Shown here one piece after another: positions 1-7,559 of a stretch of DNA of 35,011 nucleotides; the stretch's first letter is position 1; each line of letters begins with the position of its first letter. The notes below the pieces were generated by a model that was given only the letters and a program-made list of their open reading frames with translations, did no database searches and was not told the origin of the DNA. Made by a program: the position numbers and the translations under genes. The stretch comes from a virus (lineage: Duplodnaviria > Caudoviricetes). The stretch lies in IMG/VR virus record IMGVR_UViG_3300032314_000157, positions 1 to 35,011 of that record; one strand, written 5' to 3'.

Positions 1-8
1 TCCGATCT
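1..8. other. Probable Illumina adapter remnant (TCCGATCT); genome proper likely starts at 9
   Basis: TCCGATCT is the 3' end of the TruSeq adapter ...CTCTTCCGATCT; the last 3 nt of the window (AGA) match the start of AGATCGGAAGAGC. Confidence 0.7.
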
Positions 9-60
9 ACCGCGACTTTTTTGTACGAGTTTAGTCTAAAACCTTTATCTCAACACACTT

Positions 61-1119
61 ATGCAAACAGAATCTTCTCTGAAAATTGGTAAGGATAAAT
101 TTGGTCACACAATTTATGATGAGGCCAAAGTTTTAGAGCTTCGAGCAACCGGGCTAGGTATGAGAAAAATTCACAATCAAACGCTCATTCCCAAGGCGAC
201 ACTTCATAGAATCTTTAAGCGTAACAACATTAAAACTTTTCCATATCAGACAAAAAGATGGGGCAACGCATTCCGGATTAAGGAAAGAAAAAGGATGGTT
301 GGGCAAATATTCAAAAGGGGATCAGAGGCAAGAACCATAACGGCCAAAGTTATTAGGGCAATTAGGGGTGGTTCTTCTTTGCTTGAATCAATAGAAAGAT
401 GCGGGGCTTGCCCAGAAATAGCCTTGCGATGGCTCAAAAAAACAAAAAGCTATGATGCCCTTAAATGGAGAGAGCAAAAAAGAAAGATATCACTTGGCCT
501 ATCGGCAGAACAGATGGAGCTACAAAAAGAACATCGCATTAAGAAAAAGATGGAAATGCAAAAGGCAAAGTATGCAGAAGCACGAAAAAACACGGCCATT
601 CTGATCAAATCATTAAGGGCTGGGATACCGATTGAGATCACGGCGAATCAACTCGGTCTAAACAAATCAACCGCATGGAATTGGGTATATAAAACAAAAG
701 CGTATAAAATTTTGCGGAATAAAATGAATTGCAATTTGAAATACCCCCGCAAAAAGAATATTGGGGTCTTGTCTAAAAAATACACATCGGAAAAGAAAAT
801 GATGCCCGATGCCCGCCAATATGTTGTTGCGGCAAATATCGGTAAGGGCGTTGTCGAGGAAAAGGAAACATGGAAAACAAACCAAATTGGGCAGGGGAGA
901 TCGGGACTAAGGGCGGATTTTTTTGTAAAAGAAGATAACCATATATACGAATGCAAGCAAAGGTGTGATCCCGGAACATCTCAAAGAATGATAGGGCAAA
1001 TTTTCATTTATATAATGGCGGGGTATAGGGTTTCGGCAATAATGCCAAACGACATTATTATCCCAAGCTACCTATCTGAAGCCCTTGAAAGAATGAAAGT
1101 CGAAATGATTCTTATATGA
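61..1119 (+). CDS. Multi-HTH protein with C-terminal PD-(D/E)XK-type endonuclease domain (homing-endonuclease-like)
   Basis: Three HTH-like units; C-terminal RADF...IYECK...IGQIFIY; very basic and AT-rich. Confidence 0.6.
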   Translation: MQTESSLKIGKDKFGHTIYDEAKVLELRATGLGMRKIHNQTLIPKATLHRIFKRNNIKTFPYQTKRWGNAFRIKERKRMVGQIFKRGSEARTITAKVIRAIRGGSSLLESIERCGACPEIALRWLKKTKSYDALKWREQKRKISLGLSAEQMELQKEHRIKKKMEMQKAKYAEARKNTAILIKSLRAGIPIEITANQLGLNKSTAWNWVYKTKAYKILRNKMNCNLKYPRKKNIGVLSKKYTSEKKMMPDARQYVVAANIGKGVVEEKETWKTNQIGQGRSGLRADFFVKEDNHIYECKQRCDPGTSQRMIGQIFIYIMAGYRVSAIMPNDIIIPSYLSEALERMKVEMILI

Positions 1120-1580
1120 AATACCCACAACTTCTAACAAAAAGAATCAGCGAACTTTCTCCCGCAAAATACAATCCCAGAAAAATTACTTCTGATGCTC
1201 TGGGTAGGCTCACAAAATCTTTGAGCGAACTTGGGAATCTTCAGCCGATAACTTGGAACGCCAAGACCGGGAACATAGTCGGAGGCCATCAGCGGTTGAA
1301 ATGCTATCAAGCCCTCGGCAAAGATGAAATCGAGGTATGGGCGGTCTGGTTGGATGAGGCAAAAGAGAAGGCGGCGAACCTAGCTCTTAATAAATTGAGT
1401 GGCGAATTTGATATGCCCCAACTCAAAGACATCCTAGAGGAACTGGACGCAGGGGAGATCGACATAGATATTACCGGGTTCAGCTTGGATGAGATTGGAA
1501 AGATGATGGAGGCCACTAGCCCAGAAGATGAGAAGGGTGGAGAGGGCGAGAAATGCTTGGCGTGTGGGAAGCCCTTGTGA
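1116..1580 (+). CDS. ParB/Srx N-terminal domain protein (terminase-adjacent type) with C-terminal CxxC
   Basis: LSPAKYNPRKI, LQPITWN, IVGGHQRL, ANLALNKLSGEFD, ITGFS; ends CLACGKPL. Confidence 0.85.
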   Translation: MKYPQLLTKRISELSPAKYNPRKITSDALGRLTKSLSELGNLQPITWNAKTGNIVGGHQRLKCYQALGKDEIEVWAVWLDEAKEKAANLALNKLSGEFDMPQLKDILEELDAGEIDIDITGFSLDEIGKMMEATSPEDEKGGEGEKCLACGKPL

Positions 1581-1583
1581 GAA

Positions 1584-2183
1584 ATGATAAGACAAAAAGA
1601 GCTATGCGAGAAGTGGGGGCTAACAAGGGGGGCAATCTCCCAGTTAGTAAAAGCGGGTATGCCCCTTACGAGCGTAGTCGATGCAGAGCGTTGGAAAATA
1701 GCCAATCAAAAGAAGCCAAGCAGGGCGAGGCCGATCTTGTCAGCATCAGCGAACTTATCAGAGACATCAGAGAACTCGGATGCCGAGTCGATCAAATTGG
1801 GAAATCCGCTTGGACGATTACATCGGGCGAGGAGAGCCGAGTTAGTTGCCTACTCGTTAGTTCAGAGGGCGGCCAACGAAAAAAACCCAGTAGCCATGAG
1901 GGCGGCAGTTCAAGGATGGGGCGAAGCAAAAAAGCGAGTCGCAGAAGCAGAAATGGAACACGCTCGGTGGGAAGAAGTGAGCCGAGTCACAGTTCGGATG
2001 GGGGAAGTGCAGGAATGGATAACGAAGTGGCACGGAGCAATCAGATCGCTTCTGGATGCCCTTCCTTCGAGTCTAGCGGCCAGAGCAAACCCATCAGACC
2101 CAGAGTGCGCCAAGCAAGCCATCCAAGACGGAATCAATCAAATCTTCGTTACTATTCAGAAAGCAGAGGGGGCGTTTAAATGA
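1584..2183 (+). CDS. terS: Terminase small subunit (Nu1-like)
   Basis: N-terminal winged HTH (QKELCEKWGLTRGAISQLVKAGMP), coiled coil, C-terminal LDALPSSLA; upstream of GpA-type TerL. Confidence 0.75.
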   Translation: MIRQKELCEKWGLTRGAISQLVKAGMPLTSVVDAERWKIANQKKPSRARPILSASANLSETSENSDAESIKLGNPLGRLHRARRAELVAYSLVQRAANEKNPVAMRAAVQGWGEAKKRVAEAEMEHARWEEVSRVTVRMGEVQEWITKWHGAIRSLLDALPSSLAARANPSDPECAKQAIQDGINQIFVTIQKAEGAFK

Positions 2184-2317
2184 TACTAGGGCTAAAAATA
2201 GGTGTCGGGATAGTGCTTGGAATCGTGCTAATCAATGTGGCGTTCTGGGGTTGCATTATTCTGGCCTATCTGCTCGCCACTTTATTTGAGTGCATCGGGA
2301 AGTGGATAAACAAGTGA
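2180..2317 (+). CDS. Small membrane protein (45 aa, MILGLKIGVGIVLG...)
   Basis: Read manually; ATGA overlap with terS; long hydrophobic stretch. Confidence 0.55.
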   Translation: MILGLKIGVGIVLGIVLINVAFWGCIILAYLLATLFECIGKWINK

Positions 2318-2502
2318 ACAAAAACCAATTAACACCCCAAGAAGCAAGAATCCTTTTTATTCTTCTTGAAAGCAAAACTGGATATGAACTATTGCGGGAT
2401 GCCGTGACCAGCATTTATGGTTATGAAAACGACCATAAAATCAAATGGCCTAAAACCATAAAACGCAAAATCAAAAAACTTTATATGTCTCAATTCAAAT
2501 GA
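2314..2502 (+). CDS. Hypothetical protein (GTG start)
   Basis: GTGA overlap with previous ORF; fits tight tiling. Confidence 0.5.
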   Translation: MNKNQLTPQEARILFILLESKTGYELLRDAVTSIYGYENDHKIKWPKTIKRKIKKLYMSQFK

Positions 2503-2573
2503 ACGAATGTTTCCTCATCATCCTCGCCACCCTCGGCTTGCTAGGATTGATTCTGCCATACTTTGACGAATGA
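2499..2573 (+). CDS. Small hydrophobic peptide (24 aa, MNECFLIILATLGLLGLILPYFDE)
   Basis: ATGA overlaps on both sides fill the gap exactly. Confidence 0.45.
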   Translation: MNECFLIILATLGLLGLILPYFDE

Positions 2574-2878
2574 AAACAACGAAGCCAACAAGAATAGCCT
2601 TGGCCTACTGCCGGAACTCAAGCTACTCAACGCTTTTTATTCCCTCCAAAGGACAACTCAAAAACTTTGAAAGCAAATACGGATTTTCTATGTGTGTAGG
2701 ATGTTGCTTCAAAAACTACCCAAAGACACGGCAGGGAGTGGGAAGATATTGGATGGTTCACTTTCATCACGCAGTTGTTAGGGACAAAGCAGACCCAATC
2801 GCACTTCACAAAACCCTTATGCAGATACCAGAGTTTAGGGATTTATGTGCCCACGATGTTCCATTCTTTGACCAATGA
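2570..2878 (+). CDS. Hypothetical protein
   Basis: ORF with ATGA coupling on both sides. Confidence 0.55.
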   Translation: MKTTKPTRIALAYCRNSSYSTLFIPSKGQLKNFESKYGFSMCVGCCFKNYPKTRQGVGRYWMVHFHHAVVRDKADPIALHKTLMQIPEFRDLCAHDVPFFDQ

Positions 2879-3180
2879 AACGCTCGCCTCTTAAACGCAA
2901 AACCCCACTCAAGCGAGGGGGAAAACTGCGCCGAGTGTCTGCCAAGAGGCGAAAGCAGAATGAAGTTTATTCTGATGTGCGAGAGAAGTTTCTAGGCAAC
3001 ACACCAGTCTGCCAAGTTTGCCAGAGCAAGATGGCGAGCCAAGTTCACCATAGGCGAGGGAGATTCGGGGATAGGCTAAACGAGGTAGAGTTTTTCTTGG
3101 CGGTTTGCTTTGAGTGCCACCATAAAATCCACATGAACCCAGCGTGGGCGTATGCAAAAGATTATCTGGTTAAGAGATGA
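2875..3180 (+). CDS. HNH-type endonuclease (terminase-associated)
   Basis: CQVC...QVHH...LAVCFECHHKIH; directly upstream of TerL. Confidence 0.75.
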   Translation: MKRSPLKRKTPLKRGGKLRRVSAKRRKQNEVYSDVREKFLGNTPVCQVCQSKMASQVHHRRGRFGDRLNEVEFFLAVCFECHHKIHMNPAWAYAKDYLVKR

Positions 3181-4955
3181 ACATCGGGGCGTTCAGCCGT
3201 AGTTTCTTTGAGCCAAGAGAACAACTATCAATCCCAGAATGGGCAGAGAAAAACCTCACGCTCTCGGCAAGAGTAACAAACATACCCGGAGCGTATTCGA
3301 CAACCCTCACCCCCTATGTCCGTGAACCCCTAGAGGCTTTTGGCGATGATTCGATTCGGAGAGTTGTGTTGGTCTGGGGAGCGCAGACCTCAAAGACGAC
3401 AACGATTCTAGCTGGCCTAGCCTACCGAGTAGCAGAACGGCCTTGCCCGGTCTTGTGGGTAATGCCCTCGGAACATCTGGCGCGATCATTTACAGAAACC
3501 CGCTGGCTTCCGATGGTGGACGATTGCCCAGCCCTAGCCAAAGAACGACCAGAAAATACAGACCGAATCAAAATCCTAGAGCAACATTTTAAGCGATGCT
3601 CGGTCTGGTGGGCGGGAACAAGTGCCTCGGCTCTTTCTAGTCGCTCGATTGCTTTGCTCTGTATGGATGAGGTGGACAAGTTCCCAGAGCAAGCAGGCTC
3701 GGGGAGGGAGGCCAATCCGGTGCAGTTAGCAGAGGCACGAGTCAGCACCTACCCCAATCACTTAATCATAGCAACCAGCACCCCAACAACTGCCGACTCA
3801 ATAATCTGGGCTGAATGGCAGAAGGGCGATATGCGCTTCTATTTTGTGCCTTGCCCCCATTGTGGATTAAAACAAAAACTAATCTGGGGACAAGTTAAGT
3901 GGGACGAGGCCGCCAAGATAGAAGATGGCGTTTATGACTATGCCCTAGTGAAATCCTCGACCTATTACGAGTGCGAGGGATGCAAGGGCAAGATTACAGA
4001 TGGACAGAAAACCAAGATGCTTCGAGAGGGCGAATGGAGGGCAACCAATCTAAAGGGCGAACCAGCCAGACGCTCCTATCATCTCAACGGCCTATATGCC
4101 CCTTGGGTATCCTTCGGAAGTTTGGCGGTGAAGTTTCTGCAAGATAAGCACAATGGAATCATCGGCCTTCAGGACTTCGTGAACCGAGTTCTTGCAGAGC
4201 CTTGGATGGAACACGAAAGCGAGAAGATGGAAATTGTGGCTGGCGACTACAAGATGGGCGAGGTTAGAGTTAATGAGAAACTGATTATGGCTTGTGATAT
4301 TCAGGAGGCTGGGGGCTTCCACGCTTGGTGCGTTGTTAGGGCTTGGGATATTGAGGGCAGATCACGGCTTGTTTGGGCTGGAAGGCTTGAGACTTGGGGA
4401 GACATTAAGGCCAAGGCAGACGAGTTTGGGGTGGAATCGAAGTGCGTTTTCTGTGACAGCGGTGACCAAACCAGAGAGGTCTATCTTCATTGTTGCAAAT
4501 GGGGCTTTATGGCGTTGGTCGGTTCAGACCGCACTAGCTTCTCTGAAATTGTGGGGGAGCAAAAGCTACAACGCCCATACGCTCGAATTGCCAATGGCGA
4601 CCCTTTCAGCGGTAAGGCAGTTCAATCGAAGGCAGGGTGGAAGTGGAAGTTCTGCCCAGTCTGGCGGTGGTCAAACCCATCCATCAAAGACATCCTCTCC
4701 AACCTAATCAAAGAACCCGGCTACATCGCTCTCGACACCCCCGATGTTTGGCGTGTGCATATCGAGGCAGAGGTGAAGGTGCGGGTGAAAAACCCTATGA
4801 CTGGAAGAGAAAGGCTTGTATGGAAGCAAGTCGGAAAGCATAATCACTTAATGGATTGCGAGTGTATGAACATCGTGGGTGCGGCTTTATATGGTCGATT
4901 GAAAGTCTCGCCCGCAAGTTTGACAGAAAGTGAGTTTGATAATGGCGAAGGGTGA
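3177..4955 (+). CDS. terL: Terminase large subunit, lambda GpA family
   Basis: TPYVREP, GAQTSKT (Walker A), LCMDEVD (Walker B), STPT, GDMRFYFVPCPHCG, CEGC, DSG, NHLMDC. Confidence 0.95.
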   Translation: MNIGAFSRSFFEPREQLSIPEWAEKNLTLSARVTNIPGAYSTTLTPYVREPLEAFGDDSIRRVVLVWGAQTSKTTTILAGLAYRVAERPCPVLWVMPSEHLARSFTETRWLPMVDDCPALAKERPENTDRIKILEQHFKRCSVWWAGTSASALSSRSIALLCMDEVDKFPEQAGSGREANPVQLAEARVSTYPNHLIIATSTPTTADSIIWAEWQKGDMRFYFVPCPHCGLKQKLIWGQVKWDEAAKIEDGVYDYALVKSSTYYECEGCKGKITDGQKTKMLREGEWRATNLKGEPARRSYHLNGLYAPWVSFGSLAVKFLQDKHNGIIGLQDFVNRVLAEPWMEHESEKMEIVAGDYKMGEVRVNEKLIMACDIQEAGGFHAWCVVRAWDIEGRSRLVWAGRLETWGDIKAKADEFGVESKCVFCDSGDQTREVYLHCCKWGFMALVGSDRTSFSEIVGEQKLQRPYARIANGDPFSGKAVQSKAGWKWKFCPVWRWSNPSIKDILSNLIKEPGYIALDTPDVWRVHIEAEVKVRVKNPMTGRERLVWKQVGKHNHLMDCECMNIVGAALYGRLKVSPASLTESEFDNGEG

Positions 4956-5178
4956 TTTCATTGGGCTACCCCTTGCTACCCTAACTTCTCTTCGTGATAA
5001 GTATATCACTTGTCTTGAGGCGATAGCGGTGGCGGGTTCAAGCTATTCGATAGCTGGTCGTTCGTTTTCAAGAGCGAATCTCGGTGAGGTAAGAGATACG
5101 ATTATGGAGCTAACCCTCGCCATCCAACAAGCGACTGGTACTAGGGTTCGCACAACCTACGCAAACTTCGGATCGTGA
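4942..5178 (+). CDS. Head completion protein (gpW-like)
   Basis: GSSYSIAGRSFSRANL; sits between TerL and portal; ATG 16 nt after TTGACA. Confidence 0.75.
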   Translation: MAKGDFIGLPLATLTSLRDKYITCLEAIAVAGSSYSIAGRSFSRANLGEVRDTIMELTLAIQQATGTRVRTTYANFGS

Positions 5179-7559
5179 AAAAAGCCTCTCTCAATCTGAT
5201 CGACAAGGCGATTGCCTTTGTAAATCCTCAAGGGGCAGTTGATAGGCTTGTTGCTCGTCAAAGGATTAAGAACTTCGAGTATGATGCGGTAAAGTATTCA
5301 AGGCAACGCAAAGGGCCGAGCCAGTTGTCGGGTGCGGAAGATTATCGTTCCAACTATGACCGAGTGGAGTTAATGAAAAGGGCGAGGGACTTGGCAGAGA
5401 ATGTTGGCCTTGTTCGCTCAATCCTTATGAAGTTTGCCAGCCACACCGCCGCGAACATTTCCTACCAAGCCCGAACCGAGAACCCCGAAGTCAATACCGA
5501 GGTAGAAATGTATTGGGCAGAATGGTTCGATAAATGCGACATCTCCACAAGGCATACTGGCTCAACACTTATGCAGGTGGCGATGATCAGCATGTTGCGA
5601 GATGGTGACTTCCTTTTCGTTTTGGTTCGCGATTCTGATGGCAACTTAAAAATACAAGGCATTGAGGGTGATAGACTTGGCGACCCATTCAAAGTCTATA
5701 CTAGCTCGGAGTTAATTGGTGGAATCCATATCGATCAAAGGACTGGCTCGCCCACAGCTTACGATATTTACAGCCGAAGCATTGGGGATATGTACACCTA
5801 TCAAGTAACGATTCCCGCAAGCCAAGCCTTCCACTTGTTCGACCCACTCCGCATTGACCAGTACCGAGGAATCTCCGCTTTCCATACCGCCATCAATGAC
5901 GCAACGGATATTCACGAAATCGTGGGCTTCGAGAAGATGTCGGCCAAGGTTGCTTCTAGTCAGAGTGCAATCATAAAGCGGAATAACAACAATGCTTCCG
6001 ATCTATCAAGCCTCACAAACGACCAAGACATCAACGGAAGCCCAATCAAACTAGAAGCGATTGAGTCTGGTAAAATCTCCTACCTAGAACCGGGTGAGGA
6101 CATCGTGTTCCCCGATGGGCCGAGCCGTCCCTCCGGTGCGTTTGCAGAGTTCCATAAGATTCTACTCCGCAACATTTGCTTGGGCGTTGGCATCCCTTAC
6201 AGCTTCGCCGTTGACCCTTCCGCTATGAGTGGCCCGACTGCTCGCCTTGAGATGCAACAAGCAGGGCGAACCTTCCGCAGATACCAGAAGCTACTAGATG
6301 ATAAGGTTCTGCGACCAATTAAGAACATCGTTATTGCTGATGGGGTAGCAAGGGGATTGATCGAGAACAATGTAGGAAGCAGAACGACTAGGGGCATTTT
6401 CAATTTCGGGGCGAATGTATCTATTGATTTAGGGAGAGAATCTGCCTCAGCTATCTCCGAGTTCAAGACCGGCCTCCGCACAGCCGCCGACATCTACGCC
6501 GAGCGAGGCCAAGATTTTGAAAGTGCTATGCGACAAAGGGCTATTGAGGCCAAGCTGATTAAAGACTTGGCAGAGAAGTATGGCGTAGCCCCAGAGACCA
6601 TTTCCGATATTGTCACCCCAACACCCCCACAACCCCAACTACCGCCTGCCCTTGCGCCAAAACCAGTAGCACCCATAGAGGACAAACCAGAGGAGGATGA
6701 GGATGAGGGGGGCGACCAGAAGCCAATTCCAGAAGACCCGATTGAGCCATCCTCCGAGGAACTAGAGGTTAAAAAAAAAGAAACTGAATTAGATTGCGGA
6801 ACGGGTGCGGGAGGGTTTAAAGAAGGAAATACTTGTGCGGAAGGAGAGGGAGGAGATGAAACAGAGGAAAACACGGGAAGCCAAAAATTTCCACAATACA
6901 AAGAAGCAAAAACAAGAGAAGAGGCGGAGGAAATAGGAAGAAGTTATAGCAAGGAAATTAGCTATAGGGGTATGTCTACCGAACACGCAAATATAACCAA
7001 CAAAGAGATATCTGATTATGTTCGATCAACAAAAGGAGCATTAAGGCTTAAAGAAATTAAGTCACTAAAATTCAATGGCGTTACATTAAGAATGAGGGAA
7101 GGAGCTGTGGCGTCCTATAAGGATTTAACTGGTTTCGATAGTGATGGTGCAATTTATATAAATACGGCAATACTTGGTGATTCTAAAAAGTGGAATGAAT
7201 ATCAAAAAGCAAGCGTGGATGCCGAAAAATTAGTTCGAGCCAAAATAAACACTCTGCCACCAGAAAAAAAACAACTTGCCGAAAAGATGCTTTCCTACAA
7301 AAGACAACTTGTAGATGACACACCCCAAGGAATTATAAGACACGAATTGGGTCATCACTTTGATTATAATTTTATAATGAAAAATCATAAAGAAGAAAGG
7401 CTTAAAATTCTTGCAAACAAGCAAAAATACGAGAAAAACTTGAGCTATCGTGCATCAGAAAATAATGCAGAATATATAGCGGAATCATATTCAGCATACA
7501 GAAGGCAAGAGCCTATAGACCCAGATTTAGAGACAATCTTCAACAGATATAAAAAATAA
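5175..7559 (+). CDS. Lambda-family portal protein with Pro/acidic linker and C-terminal HExxH zincin metallopeptidase domain
   Basis: RARDLAEN, RDGD, HLFDPLRIDQYRGIS, YLEPGEDI, GIPYS; then DCGTGAGGFKEGNTCA tag; HELGH (7341-7355) and SYRASENNAEYIAESY. Confidence 0.9.
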   Translation: MKKASLNLIDKAIAFVNPQGAVDRLVARQRIKNFEYDAVKYSRQRKGPSQLSGAEDYRSNYDRVELMKRARDLAENVGLVRSILMKFASHTAANISYQARTENPEVNTEVEMYWAEWFDKCDISTRHTGSTLMQVAMISMLRDGDFLFVLVRDSDGNLKIQGIEGDRLGDPFKVYTSSELIGGIHIDQRTGSPTAYDIYSRSIGDMYTYQVTIPASQAFHLFDPLRIDQYRGISAFHTAINDATDIHEIVGFEKMSAKVASSQSAIIKRNNNNASDLSSLTNDQDINGSPIKLEAIESGKISYLEPGEDIVFPDGPSRPSGAFAEFHKILLRNICLGVGIPYSFAVDPSAMSGPTARLEMQQAGRTFRRYQKLLDDKVLRPIKNIVIADGVARGLIENNVGSRTTRGIFNFGANVSIDLGRESASAISEFKTGLRTAADIYAERGQDFESAMRQRAIEAKLIKDLAEKYGVAPETISDIVTPTPPQPQLPPALAPKPVAPIEDKPEEDEDEGGDQKPIPEDPIEPSSEELEVKKKETELDCGTGAGGFKEGNTCAEGEGGDETEENTGSQKFPQYKEAKTREEAEEIGRSYSKEISYRGMSTEHANITNKEISDYVRSTKGALRLKEIKSLKFNGVTLRMREGAVASYKDLTGFDSDGAIYINTAILGDSKKWNEYQKASVDAEKLVRAKINTLPPEKKQLAEKMLSYKRQLVDDTPQGIIRHELGHHFDYNFIMKNHKEERLKILANKQKYEKNLSYRASENNAEYIAESYSAYRRQEPIDPDLETIFNRYKK
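6792..6839 (+). repeat. Copy 1 of 48-nt repeat encoding DCGTGAGGFKEGNTCA
   Basis: 41/48 nt identical to 8456-8503; all 7 differences at synonymous third positions. Confidence 0.95.

Noticed and set aside
1116-1580. Plasmid-prophage partition system
   Set aside because: No ParA and no HTH/dimerisation part; this ParB-N type is commonly found beside terminase genes.
1553-2179. 208-aa alternative-frame ORF over terS
   Set aside because: Ser/Arg-rich shadow translation; the 1584 frame has the HTH and coupling to neighbours.
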